From Octopus bimaculoides (lineage: Eukaryota): 44,917 nt of DNA. The notes under the pieces are model-generated. The model saw only the letters and a program-made list of their open reading frames with translations, was not told the DNA's origin and made no database searches. The stretch lies in the NCBI RefSeq assembly GCF_001194135.2, contig NC_068999.1:11221360-11266276 (forward strand), read 5' to 3'. Shown here one piece after another: positions 24,748 through 38,358 of the stretch. How positions within the stretch are numbered: position 1 is the first letter of the stretch; each line of letters opens with the position of its first letter. The position numbers were made by a program, and so were the translations under genes.

Positions 24748-26751
24748 AAAAGAACACAGAAAGAAACAAGGAGAGAAACAAGGAGAGAAAAAAAAATATA
24801 AATGTAGTGGTCAGCGATCTATCATGGTGAATGATATATATGTATGTATGCTTGAGCGTATGTATTCTACGGTGAAGTATGCATGTATTAGATATTCGCA
24901 TGTAAACTTATTGAAAAGTTATACACGCCAGACTTTTATAATAATTGAAATTACCGGAAAACAATAACTATAGAGATATAAATATTGCGAAATAAAGCAT
25001 GTTATTCTTAAAATGTCAATGGTTTAGCTTCGGCACATGGAGAATTCTAAGTTAAGTTATAAAAAAGTTATTTCACTTTCTCCTTGACTCTTACATTTGT
25101 TCCAAAATTTCTAATTCTTAACGATATTTAGAATCAAGACTATGCCATGTTTATTTTACTTATAAATTAGAGACACTAATTGGGCCATACAGACGAAATG
25201 AAAGAGAAAAGAAACGAGAAAGTCTTTGATAGCTAAACTAACTATAGAAATATGGTAGGCAAGATACTTGAAGAGACAAAGATCTCAAACAACGCGAAGT
25301 GTTTCGCGATCTCTATGATCGCGGAATTTACAACAAATTTTCCCAGAATTTCCAGGAAAGGGTGTCCTTGTATAGTACGTTAAAAGTATGTTTATTTCGC
25401 TTATAAATCATAATATATTCCTAATTTAACCCAAAATGGTCTGTCACAATACTGCAGTTCATTTATATTAGAGTGTGTGTGTGTGTATGAATGCGTATAT
25501 GTGTGCATATGAATGTATGTGTGTGTATGCGTGTGAGTGTGTGAATGTGAAAGCGTTGGAGGTGGGGCGGATTTTATGTTGTTTCTTTGTGTACAGTTGG
25601 GCGGAGCTAGGAATGTTTGTGACTATGAAAATGTGAAAAGACTTGTTATATATGCTTAGATGCATTGCCTAGTTTGAACACAATTATGTGTTTGAACTCA
25701 TGGAAATATATTCATATACACTCATGATGATTGTTTGACAATTATACAAGATACAAGTCATTACAACATTCATAGATGTAAGTCAATATATCGCTGATTT
25801 AACAAACGTATACGTGACAATATGCACTCTCATTTAGAGTAGTTGATATACATACATATATAACCATAGAACTGTGTATATGGCAGTGTACATATCTATA
25901 TACATGTATACTTGTATATACCTATGTTTGTATGTATACGTAATCATTTAGTATATACATAATCATAGTGTATACGTAATCATACGTTTAGTATGTACGT
26001 ATTTAGGATATACGTGATCATACGTGATATTTAGTTGTCTATATCTATCTACATCTATGTATGTATGCATGTATGTATGTATGTATCTATCTATCTATCT
26101 GTCTATCTGTCTATCAGATTATAAAAAGAGATATACAGATATACAGACACATCAGTATATTTACGCTTATATATTGACTGATACAATGGCAGATAAACAG
26201 ATATGAACTTTCGTGTGCGTGAATGTGTGTGAATTCGCGTAATTATTTGTCCAGGGTGCGCTCGCTTTTCAATTTCCACCAGTATGTATATTGATATATA
26301 ACACAATACTACTTATGTATTAATCAATATTTTTTGTATATGAATAATTATTTTCCTTTGCAGAGATAACATAAATATATTAAACAAAAATGAATAAATA
26401 AAGTGAGATGCAGAATTACATACGCTTCCAGAGTTAAAATCGGACAATATTACACTCATTACACACACTCTCTAAAATGATCACATGTACACACACACTC
26501 TTAAACAGACAAGACCACTCACACACACATACACATAGACATGTATTTACTTCTGAGTGTGTGTGTGTGTGTGTATGTGTGTGGGTGTGTGCTTGTATAT
26601 ATACAAATAGGTGCTTTCTAGTGACACACCAACCAACATGTAATTATTATTCAATGCACGCACAAAACTTCCTATATATCAATACACACAAACATATATG
26701 TATATATACATATGTATGGGCGTGTATATTTATACATATATATGTAGGTAC

Positions 26752-26783
<32 letters not shown>

Positions 26784-28745
26784 NNNNNNNNNNNNNNNNN
26801 NNNNNNNNNNNNNNNNNNNNNNNNNNNNNNNNNNNNNNNNNNNNNNNNNNNNNNNNNNNNNNNNNNNNNNNNNNNNNNNNNNNNNNNNNNNNNNNNNNNN
26901 NNNNNNNNNNNNNNNNNNNNNNNNNNNNNNNNNNNNNNNNNNNNNNNNNNNNNNNNNNNNNNNNNNNNNNNNNNNNNNNNNNNNNNNNNNNNNNNNNNNN
27001 NNNNNNNNNNNNNNNNNNNNNNNNNNNNNNNNNNNNNNNNNNNNNNNNNNNNNNNNNNNNNNNNNNNNNNNNNNNNNNNNNNNNNNNNNNNNNNNNNNNN
27101 NNNNNNNNNNNNNNNNNNNNNNNNNNNNNNNNNNNNNNNNNNNNNNNNNNNNNNNNNNNNNNNNNNNNNNNNNNNNNNNNNNNNNNNNNNNNNNNNNNNN
27201 NNNNNNNNNNNNNNNNNNNNNNNNNNNNNNNNNNNNNNNNNNNNNNNNNNNNNNNNNNNNNNNNNNNNNNNNNNNNNNNNNNNNNNNNNNNNNNNNNNNN
27301 NNNNNNNNNNNNNNNNNNNNNNNNNNNNNNNNNNNNNNNNNNNNNNNNNNNNNNNNNNNNNNNNNNNNNNNNNNNNNNNNNNNNNNNNNNNNNNNNNNNN
27401 NNNNNNNNNNNNNNNNNNNNNNNNNNNNNNNNNNNNNNNNNNNNNNNNNNNNNNNNNNNNNNNNNNNNNNNNNNNNNNNNNNNNNNNNNNNNNNNNNNNN
27501 NNNNNNNNNNNNNNNNNNNNNNNNNNNNNNNNNNNNNNNNNNNNNNNNNNNNNNNNNNNNNNNNNNNNNNNNNNNNNNNNNNNNNNNNNNNNNNNNNNNN
27601 NNNNNNNNNNNNNNNNNNNNNNNNNNNNNNNNNNNNNNNNNNNNNNNNNNNNNNNNNNNNNNNNNNNNNNNNNNNNNNNNNNNNNNNNNNNNNNNNNNNN
27701 NNNNNNNNNNNNNNNNNNNNNNNNNNNNNNNNNNNNNNNNNNNNNTATATGTGCGTATATATATGTTCATATGTATAAATACATATAAACATATATATAC
27801 ATATGTACACATATACATGTATACACACACAGACACTCACACATACACACACAGATACACACACAAACACACAGAGACACACACGCAAATATATATATAC
27901 ATATATATATACATATATACACATATTTATAATAAGCCGCGTTTTCGCCTCGTTTTTAAAGACCGGTGGTCATTGTTAGAAAAGAACGCCTCTAACAGCT
28001 GCGGCAACAGCTGCTTTCATATACGATTGTATAATATAATAGTAGTTATGATATATTTTTTATTCATATATGTATGCATGCTTTCTCTTTCAGATAACCA
28101 TAAAAAATGAACTTAACGTAAGTTTTGCAACTGCATGCGCGCGTACGCACACGTATGCACTTTGACTTTCGTCCTTACACACAGAGCTGGAACATACGTA
28201 CATACTACCATATCTCTCTCTTCTTATCTTCGGTCCTTTCATATATATATATATANNNNNNNNNNNNNNNNNNNNNNNNNNNNNNNNNNNNNNNNNNNNN
28301 NNNNNNNNNNNNNNNNNNNNNNNNNNNNNNNNNNNNNNNNNNNNNNNNNNNNNNNNNNNNNNNNNNNNNNNNNNNNNNNNNNNNNNNNNNNNNNNNNNNN
28401 NNNNNNNNNNNNNNNNNNNNNNNNNNNNNNNNNNNNNNNNNNNNNNNNNNNNNNNNNNNNNNNNNNNNNNNNNNNNNNNNNNNNNNNNNNNNNNNNNNNN
28501 NNNNNNNNNNNNNNNNNNNNNNNNNNNNNNNNNNNNNNNNNNNNNNNNNNNNNNNNNNNNNNNNNNNNNNNNNNNNNNNNNNNNNNNNNNNNNNNNNNNN
28601 NNNNNNNNNNNNNNNNNNNNNNNNNNNNNNNNNNNNNNNNNNNNNNNNNNNNNNNNNNNNNNNNNNNNNNNNNNNNNNNNNNNNNNNNNNNNNNNNNNNN
28701 NNNNNNNNNNNNNNNNNNNNNNNNNNNNNNNNNNNNNNNNNNNNN

Positions 28746-28777
<32 letters not shown>

Positions 28778-29796
28778 TGTGTGGGTGTGTGTGTGTGTGG
28801 GTGTGTGTGTGTGTGCGTGTGTGTGTGTGTGTGTGTACTTAGATTTCCGTCATCTTCCTAGTGGTCTTCCGAATTCAATACCAATAATTCAATAGGGTAT
28901 GGATTTTATTCTGAAGTGAATTTATTAGCTTTATAGTTTGTCATAGTCTTTGCAACAACACACCATAAAATATATAGCTGTTATTACTCTGAAAGGTGCC
29001 GATATATTAATTAATTTAACTAGAAGCATTAACCATGGATCTTCTATAGATTTCACAGGAATTTAAATTTCAAAGAAGACCTTAAAATATTGTATAATGC
29101 TATAAAGAACATCCAATGGATTAATGATTTTTAAATGAAAAGAGAATTAAGTTGAATTATTATTGTAGTTCAGTAGCTATTTTAAACGGATTAAATAAAG
29201 CGCGCACATATAATTGTAACAAAAATGAAAGATTTTAATTTGAAGATGCAACAAAGTTTTAGATAAATCAAAAGTAAATATCAACACGATTCTCTGATTT
29301 TGCAAATTTCACTTCTAAGCGTGACAGGAATCTCCTTGTTGACGTTTAAGTATGTTTAGGTGGAAGAATAATGCCTCACCCAGACATTAGTATAGCAGAT
29401 AATGCCCACACATTTCCTAGAGCTTTGAAAATTTGCAGAAAATACTGAGTGAACGTTGCATGAGGTGTAATGATAAATTTCAGTATTTAAAACTTGAGGA
29501 CAAATTTCTCAACGGATATGGGTCATCCAACATTGCAATTCAATTTTTAGACGATCTAATTTTCTATGGCTAACTTCTGAAACATGCTAAGTATGGCTTC
29601 TTAAAGATAAAATACAATCACATGACAAGTAAGCAATCAATTATGTTAGTAATAGAGATTCTTTTACAAGCGCATTGCATTTGTATCACAAGCAATATTT
29701 ACTTTTTTGTTGTGCTTTGGATTCTTTTTAGACATATATCCTTAATATTGACTCTATGATATGCGTTTCTACACATATTGGACTCCAGTAACTATT

Positions 29797-29940
29797 ATTC
29801 TTTTACTTGATTCAGTCATTTGATTGTGGCCATACTGGAGCGCCGTCTTCAAGGGTTTTCGTCGAACAAATCAACCCCAAAACATGTTTTAGGCCAAGTA
29901 CTTATTTTATCCGTTTTGCTAGTTTGTCTGACGGTGGGGG
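29797..29940 (-). mobile_element. SINE 3' tail fragment (family of 5840-6300)
   Basis: TTCAGTCATTTGATTGTGGCCATACTGGAGCGCCG...TCGAACAAATCAACCCC...AGTACTTATT. Confidence 0.75.
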
Positions 29941-31265
29941 AATGTATTTATGTTTCCTGACTCTTTAGCTATCGAGATTTCAAAGCTTTATTTAAAATGT
30001 TTCTTGCAGAAGACAATCGGAAAACGTAAGCAATTACGAACTTTTATCTGAATTTCATGATCCGAAACCTGAATCAAGATATTTCCCAGAAACCATTTAA
30101 TATTTGGCTAAAATTCTCATCTTGTAAGAAAGCACTCATGTCAACATTAGAATTATGGTACAAACAATGACGTCTCCATTAAAATTTAATGGCGTATTAA
30201 TTAGAAAAATGATGGGCATCTTTTGGCGGTTCTGTGCTTCTTCAGCTTAAGTTTAAATTCTTATATTTTTTTTACATTAACTCGTTTGCTCCTTTGCTTG
30301 TAGTAAGAAAGAGACACAACAATATATTTCGACGCATGACATAGATAGAATGATTACAGCTGAGTGTATAATATCAACTAAAGTTGATGTAATAGTGTTG
30401 ATGTAACAGTTGATCCAAGGTTGATGTAATAGCGTTTCAACATGTGACGGGTTAAAAACTATTACCTACGAATTGCTAACCTGACTACCTATTACCCTGT
30501 TTCATTCTCTGAGATCAATTTCACAACGTATTGGTTATTCTAAGACGATGGTAGAAGATATCTACCTAATTCTCCAACCAGCTATTCCGAAATAAACATG
30601 AAACTGTTTAGCTGCAAAAACATATTATAAATGACGCATCAACAGTTTGATAAACAATGGCAACGAAAAAGCAGAACCTATAAAACCTCGAAATAATGCT
30701 TTATGGTTACTTTATTCGGTTCTTTACATTCTGGGGCAATAAGGTACTGGTTTCCATAGTATTTACTGACCGCACCCAGTGGTCTAATGCCCAAATCTAA
30801 AACCAATTTAATGGATACATTAGTAGTGCTATCATTTCGATTTAGTATGGAATTTTGTTAATTCCAGTAGCAATGGTATATCTAGCGTTTCTCTCTGAAA
30901 ATCTCGTAATATTAATGTTTCGTGAGATACGAATATAAAACAAATACAGGAAACTCTATTATATGATTAAAGACGGAAATATTCGTGAATGCAAACAAAG
31001 AATTGATGACGAAATTCTAAGAGACATTTTTGTTTATGCATTTTTTATTTATTCAGTTGTTTTGCATTTTTGTTTGCTATTTCTTACGTATCATTATCCA
31101 TCATATGTTTCATTAATGACTAAGATTCAAAGACCATATGCATATGACCACACATGCGCAGAATTGTATAGAGATAACACATATAAGCACCTACATGCAT
31201 TGACATACGTGCACACACGTATAAGTGTTTACAAACGTATCTATCTAAATGTGTATATATGCATA

Positions 31266-31353
<88 letters not shown>

Positions 31354-32631
31354 TAGATGGATATAGATATAGATATATACATATATATATTTATATGTAT
31401 AGGCATATATGCACACACATAGATACATAGATACATACATCCATGCATACGTACATACATGCACACGCACACACATACATACATATATACATACATACTT
31501 ACAGACATGCGACGTTCCCGCCAGGCCACGAGCATACATAATTGAACAGGATTCCAGTCAATATGATTAGATAAGGAATAAAATGAATTCTTTATTTTCC
31601 GTCATCTCTTAGCGATTTACTCCGTCTACCATTTATCCAGTATATGTCCATCATATATTTTTATAGTCAGATTATATATAAATAAAATATGTAAACGTGA
31701 ATAACAAGAACAGTCTAGTATTGGCTGGAATCGTTTATTTATTATTTTTTTTGCTGCAAGTATCTATATACGATTTTTTCTCCACGATCTTTATTTTTAT
31801 TTTTGTAATTAAAGGCTTTGTTTGATTATTGATGTCGTATTTGTAATGACAGACACTTTCAATAGGCTGAGATTATATACATCAAATTGCATGTAAACAT
31901 GTAGCTCTTATTACGTTTAATTTTGTTAGGATGGAAGGCAANNNNNNNNNNNNNNNNNNNNNNNNNNNNNNNNNNNNNNNNNNNNNNNNNNNNNNNNNNN
32001 NNNNNNNNNNNNNNNNNNNNNNNNNNNNNNNNNNNNNNNNNNNNNNNNNNNNNNNNNNNNNNNNNNNNNNNNNNNNNNNNNNNNNNNNNNNNNNNNNNNN
32101 NNNNNNNNNNNNNNNNNNNNNNNNNNNNNNNNNNNNNNNNNNNNNNNNNNNNNNNNNNNNNNNNNNNNNNNNNNNNNNNNNNNNNNNNNNNNNNNNNNNN
32201 NNNNNNNNNNNNNNNNNNNNNNNNNNNNNNNNNNNNNNNNNNNNNNNNNNNNNNNNNNNNNNNNNNNNNNNNNNNNNNNNNNNNNNNNNNNNNNNNNNNN
32301 NNNNNNNNNNNNNNNNNNNNNNNNNNNNNNNNNNNNNNNNNNNNNNNNNNNNNNNNNNNNNNNNNNNNNNNNNNNNNNNNNNNNNNNNNNNNNNNNNNNN
32401 NNNNNNNNNNNNNNNNNNNNNNNNNNNNNNNNNNNNNNNNNNNNNNNNNNNNNNNNNNNNNNNNNNNNNNNNNNNNNNNNNNNNNNNNNNNNNNNNNNNN
32501 NNNNNNNNNNNNNNNNNNNNNNNNNNNNNNNNNNNNNNNNNNNNNNNNNNNNNNNNNNNNNNNNNNATATATATATATATATGTGTGTGTGAGTGTGTGT
32601 GTATGCGTGTGTGTGTGTCTATATATATATA

Positions 32632-32694
<63 letters not shown>

Positions 32695-33240
32695 ATATCT
32701 ATGCCAAGGACATTTTCGTTGATTCATAGTGAAAATTAAACATGTATGTTGTCATATATAATCCTCATAGCTCGACCTTCCATAAAGACGGAACTGTTAT
32801 TAACTTACGCCGCATGTCCTACTGAACATTAGGTTATGGCAGATTGTATAATAGAATGTCACAATAAGAGGTCCTATTATTACGATTGTATAGCACTATT
32901 CTTGTTCAACACAAAGTACTCAATACAATTGTTCTGTAATATAATATCTAATTTTCATATACGTTATCCGCTTCTCTCAGTATTTCTCAACATCACTTTA
33001 TATCTCACATCTGTCATAACATATCATCTCATATTATCGTGTATCATCTTATCTGCTATCCATCACTTTTCATTCCCTTATGACAAAAGCAACCAGAATC
33101 CCTCACTACCACTACCACTACTATTATCGCCATTACCTCCGCTACAATGACGATCATCTTCATGAATGACTGTTAACCATTGTTGTTTCATCAACTTGTA
33201 CCATTCCTCTTGTTCTCTTAATATTGCTTTTGTTTTCTAA

Positions 33241-33443
33241 GATGGCAGGAGCGTTAGCATGCCTTGCAAAAATACTTATCTGCATTTCGTCCGACTTTAC
33301 AATCTAACTTCAAATTCTGTCGAGATCGATTTTGACCTTTAGCATTTCGCTGTCGATAAAATAATTACCAGTTGGACTCTGGGGTCAATGTAATCGTGTT
33401 ATCTGCTCCCCAGAAGTCACTGCATTTCTGCCAAAATATGAAG
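33241..33443 (+). mobile_element. Octopus-type SINE, diverged, near full length
   Basis: GATGGCAGGAGCGTTAGCATG...TTCAAATTCTGTCGAGATCGA...TCGATAAAATAATTACCAGTTG...CTGGGGTCAATGTAATCG...GCCAAAATATGAA. Confidence 0.8.
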
Positions 33444-34365
33444 TCAATATTGCTCTTGTCTTCACTGGTCATGTCTGTTTTCTTGTCACTTTAATTTTGT
33501 AGCTGTTATTTTTCATTTTCTTCTTTTATTCCAAGTAAGCTCATAATAGAAAAGTCTTTCAAAACAAAATATCGTAGTCATTCAAATTATATTCCACACA
33601 GCAAAATTAGGAGTATGTTATCCGATGTGTTCTTTCTTTTACAATATGATTCATATCAGATAAACATTACTAGCAGACAACAACCATTGAGCAGATTGTG
33701 CTTCGTGGAGAACAAAAAGTAACGTAAGTCACGTTTAAACCCCATGAAGTATATTATGATATGGCTCTACCTATGGTATTCTAGACATGGAAAGAAGTAT
33801 GTGAATATGTCAGTGTACGTCTATATAATTTGAAAGTGCGTCATTGATGTAATTAGTATGTGGTGCTTATTCAAAGATACATTATCAAATGAATACATCG
33901 TACAAAATAACACATAGTGATAGATTTTTTAAAGAGTTCACTATACGCTTTTATGAGTATGTGATATATGTAAACGACAGTACTTCCCTTCTTCGAATCA
34001 ATGATGTTAGTTATTTGGTTAGTTGGTTTGTTTGTTTATTTGTTTGTTTTGTTGGTTGGTTGGTTGTTTGGTTTGTCAGTTTATTGGTTGTTCGTTGGTT
34101 GTTTATGTATTTCTGGTGGAAATATGACTTCAGCAAAACAAGGATGAAGTAGACACATCAGGAGATTGAAAGTGAAAGTATATGTGGTTTATGATTATTG
34201 TGTAAGAATGAAAAAAAATGAATGAAAAAAGATGCGTACATATTCACCAATAAATCTAAGGGAATGGAATAAAAATATATAAAGAAGGAAAGAAAATAAG
34301 ACATCAATGAATGCATTGATGAACATTTTGGAATAAGGTTTCAAAAATATGATTTGAAGATAAAC

Positions 34366-34662
34366 TGACCATGGGATTGCACCTAGAAAGTTACCCCCCG
34401 AGTCACAAGTTCGGTCAAGGTTGTTTATGGAAGACCAGCAGTCGCCCGTGCATACCGGTCTCCCTTCTCCACGTCACCAGTGTTATCCACAGGAAAGGCA
34501 AAGGCCGATATACCTGTGACGTCGCAACTCATTTCTACAGCTGAGTGAACTGGAACAACGTGTCTTGCTCAAGAACACAACACGCAGCCCGGTCCGGGAT
34601 TCGAACTCACTTCCTCGCGATCGTAAGCTCGACGCTCTAACCACCGAGTCATGTGCTTTCAC
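34366..34662 (-). mobile_element. tRNA-derived SINE of a third family, apparently complete
   Basis: Minus strand: head with A box (TGACTCGGTGG) and B box (GTTCGAATCC); central GTGTTGTGTTCTTGAGCAAGACAC...CCAGTTCACTCAGCTGTAGAAATGAG (resembles the widespread central SINE domains); tail CAACCTTGACCGAACTTGTGACTCGG...CTAGGTGCAATCCCATGGTC. Confidence 0.85.
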
Positions 34663-34804
34663 ATCTTTATGGATAGATAAACATATATAAATATTATTAT
34701 TTACCGATTTGTCACTCGTCACCATTTCTGAAATACACGTTTGTTTGCGAAAACAACAACAGTAAGTAATTATAATTATAAAATCTAACGGAAAGAAGAG
34801 AGTG

Positions 34805-34872
34805 GGGATGTTGGTGTAAAAGCTAGCATATTATCGTGAAGATAAGAGGTGTGGGTTCGAGTACCAAGCGTA
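34805..34872 (+). pseudogene. Degenerate tRNA-like or SINE-head relic
   Basis: TGGTGTAAAAGCTAG (A-box-like) and GGTTCGAGTACC (B-box-like); no clean cloverleaf. Confidence 0.3.
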
Positions 34873-35357
34873 AGGAAAACCCACTTTTTTTCTGTCGTGG
34901 GGCTCCTATGCCCCAATACTAGACTATTTTCTTTAGTCAATAAAACAATGGTCGCTTATAAGCTTTAAACCTTTAAAATATTATTATTTACTGAAGTGTC
35001 ACTCATCCCCACCTCTATATTTAATCAACATACATATATATATGATTTATATATATAAATACTGCATATATCTATATCTATATATATGTGTGGGATCCTT
35101 GGGGTTTGACGGGCAACGTTTGTTTTCTTAACGAAACACTTTCAAACTTGGGACACTGGTAGAATGTGTTATATAAAACAACTTCTTCTCTTAACCTTCT
35201 TAACAAAAAATTGTACATCGCAAGTTATTTCATGTTAAATTTGTCGTATTTTTGTAATTTCAACCAATCACTGACGTCTATTCAACTGAATACAGTTACT
35301 GCTGTTCGGTGTCAAGTGTTTTATTCCCTGTTTAATTATATCATTATTCCCTAGTAA

Positions 35358-35442
35358 GGGTTCGGGTTTTAGGGTTAGGGTTCGGGTTTTAGGATTAGGG
35401 TTCGGGTTTTAGGGTTAGGGTTCGGGTTTTAGGGTTAGGGTC
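35358..35442 (+). repeat. 20-bp telomere-like tandem array (GGGTTCGGGTTTTAGGGTTA)n, truncated by a gap
   Basis: Four near-perfect 20-nt units (one G>A change) before the gap at 35443. Confidence 0.95.
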
Positions 35443-36426
35443 NNNNNNNNNNNNNNNNNNNNNNNNNNNNNNNNNNNNNNNNNNNNNNNNNNNNNNNNNN
35501 NNNNNNNNNNNNNNNNNNNNNNNNNNNNNNNNNNNNNNNNNNNNNNNNNNNNNNNNNNNNNNNNNNNNNNNNNNNNNNNNNNNNNNNNNNNNNNNNNNNN
35601 NNNNNNNNNNNNNNNNNNNNNNNNNNNNNNNNNNNNNNNNNNNNNNNNNNNNNNNNNNNNNNNNNNNNNNNNNNNNNNNNNNNNNNNNNNNNNNNNNNNN
35701 NNNNNNNNNNNNNNNNNNNNNNNNNNNNNNNNNNNNNNNNNNNNNNNNNNNNNNNNNNNNNNNNNNNNNNNNNNNNNNNNNNNNNNNNNNNNNNNNNNNN
35801 NNNNNNNNNNNNNNNNNNNNNNNNNNNNNNNNNNNNNNNNNNNNNNNNNNNNNNNNNNNNNNNNNNNNNNNNNNNNNNNNNNNNNNNNNNNNNNNNNNNN
35901 NNNNNNNNNNNNNNNNNNNNNNNNNNNNNNNNNNNNNNNNNNNNNNNNNNNNNNNNNNNNNNNNNNNNNNNNNNNNNNNNNNNNNNNNNNNNNNNNNNNN
36001 NNNNNNNNNNNNNNNNNNNNNNNNNNNNNNNNNNNNNNNNNNNNNNNNNNNNNNNNNNNNNNNNNNNNNNNNNNNNNNNNNNNNNNNNNNNNNNNNNNNN
36101 NNNNNNNNNNNNNNNNNNNNNNNNNNNNNNNNNNNNNNNNNNNNNNNNNNNNNNNNNNNNNNNNNNNNNNNNNNNNNNNNNNNNNNNNNNNNNNNNNNNN
36201 NNNNNNNNNNNNNNNNNNNNNNNNNNNNNNTATATATATATATATATATTCATATATATTTATCATACATATATACAGAATTTGGGCATTTAGTTCACTG
36301 ATGATCTAAACGAATAGGTACGTTGGGTAAGTGCCGCAACGAGTTATCGGGGCTCCAAGCTGGTAACCGAGACGGGAGGTCTGAAACAATTCCTAGGCAC
36401 TTGGCTCGAAGATGCACCCAGCACAA

Positions 36427-36458
<32 letters not shown>

Positions 36459-37777
36459 GTATATGTATATGTATATGTATGTATGTATGTATGTATGTAT
36501 ATGTATGTCCATGCAATCGAAGGACACAAAGTGACAGATAGATATAGACATCCGTAGATAACTGGAATATTGAAATGTCATAGAGACAGCAATATAGACA
36601 GAAAGAAAAATTACGTTGGCGTTGATCATATTATTCATCATCACGAGATATTATTTTTATTTGCTTTATATATTTGTTTAATTTATTTTCATATTTTCTC
36701 TCAAATTCTCCGCATCATATAGCACACCTACTCTCTAGTGTCTCTCTTTCACTCTCAAACACTCTCTCTCTCTTTATATCATACTACACACCAATCTCTA
36801 CTTCTCTCTCCATCTTTGCCTGTTTCATTCTCTCACACATACAAACGCACCATCGTTCTTTCTGTCCCTCATCGGAAAGAGCCTTCGCGTCACATCACCG
36901 TAGTGTCAAGATATACACGTCTTAATCAATTAATGATACCTTCGTGAAATCTGATTCTTCTAAAACAAAAGATGGTATTGATACTTCCAAAATGTGCTGC
37001 TACAGGTTGCAGTTTGTTGCTTGCGCAGCTGTTCTATATATTTATTTATCACACTACTAAACAAATCTTACGTTTCATAAGTTTCGTTTATTCATTATTC
37101 TTGTGTTTTGTGCCTATTGTGATAGTTTCTGTTGGTATTGATTTCTTTTGTTATGTATTGTTATGAGCTGACTTCCGTTATTTATGTTATTTTTGAAGTT
37201 ACCGTTGTTGCTGTGATAATTGTTCTCGCTTCTATAGACATGTGTTATGCAATGTCATATATTTATGTAATATTCAGTATTATTTATTTTGTTTATATAG
37301 CGAGGTAGTTCAGTTAATATATAATCATATACATACATCCATACGCACATATATATATATATAATCATATATGTGCATATATATGTGTGTGTGTGTGTGT
37401 GTGTGGCCACACGTACAAGTACGGCTCACACATACATGCATATATATAGAGAGAGATATAAATATATATTTACTTATTCAGTGACATCATACTCAATTTA
37501 CATATGCCATATTGCCACAACTACAATCCATACATATATACGTAAGTTTTTGTGCATGCATTTATCTTTGTATGTTCTATGGAAAATAGTAAACGTCCAT
37601 ACTTATATATGAGTGCATATGTTGTTTACAAAATAACAATTAACTATTTTTATACTTTATAAACAAATAAAATTTGTTTATGAATTAGAATTTCGAGATT
37701 TGTGCGTTCAGAGGGAATCTACAAACTTCAAAATTAGTTTGTTGTGGACAATGATAATATTCTTTTAATCTGTTATT

Positions 37778-37856
37778 TGTTTCATCATCTGGACAGCGGT
37801 CATGCTGGGGCACTGCTTTCACGAATTTTAGTTCAATGTACGGGTACCAGTACTAT
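37778..37856 (-). mobile_element. SINE 3' tail fragment
   Basis: ACAGCGGTCATGCTGGGGCACTGC is the reverse complement of the shared 3' motif. Confidence 0.6.
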
Positions 37857-38160
37857 ATGATAGTACTGCTAAGTGGCAGTCTTGGACACATACATACGTA
37901 TATTTTGTTTGTGTACTAAGGCTACCATTAGTTTCAGGTTGAGAAGTACTTCAACAATTATCAGCCTATTACATGGAGACTTTGGTGTTCGTCTCCGTTT
38001 ACTTCCGTTAATCCATCTCGTGGATTGTTAGGTTTTACTGATTCCAGACAAACGAAAACGCAGTATGACTACAGCAAAATGTTAACATCTTGCCTAGTTC
38101 CTAGCTTATATGTAAAGATCACATAAAAAAATATTACTCAATTTCTCTTTACACATTGTT

Positions 38161-38358
38161 TTTCAAATGTTGGCAGAAGATCAGGACGACTAATCCGTTT
38201 ACATCGATCCCAGTATTCAACTACTTTTTATATTATAGACCCAGAATGGATGAATATCAAAGTCAACCCCGGCATCATTTGAAGTTAGAATGTGAATCCG
38301 GAAGAAATACTACTGAATGATTTGTCCGGCACACTAACGCTTGTATGAGCTCACGACC
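38161..38358 (-). mobile_element. Diverged Octopus-type SINE
   Basis: ATCGATCCCAGTATTCAACT...CAAAGTCAACCCCGGCATCATTTGAAGTTAG...CACTAACG...GAGCTCACG. Confidence 0.7.

Noticed and set aside
25290-25325. Minus-strand hairpin GCGATC-ATAGA-GATCGC followed by GAAAC (hammerhead-like)
   Set aside because: There is no CUGANGA-like core 5' of the stem.
26477-28895. Long ORFs spanning N runs (also near 3 kb, 11 kb, 13 kb, 32 kb, 35 kb, 39 kb and 43 kb)
   Set aside because: They stay open only because N and TA/CA repeats contain no stop codons.
36297-36390. CTGATGA ... GAAAC as a possible hammerhead
   Set aside because: The bases flanking the core do not pair, so no stem II forms.
37938-38126. About 62-codon open frame after a TTTCAG acceptor (VEKYFNNYQPITWRLW...)
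   Set aside because: No recognisable homology and no strong donor; length is within chance expectation.
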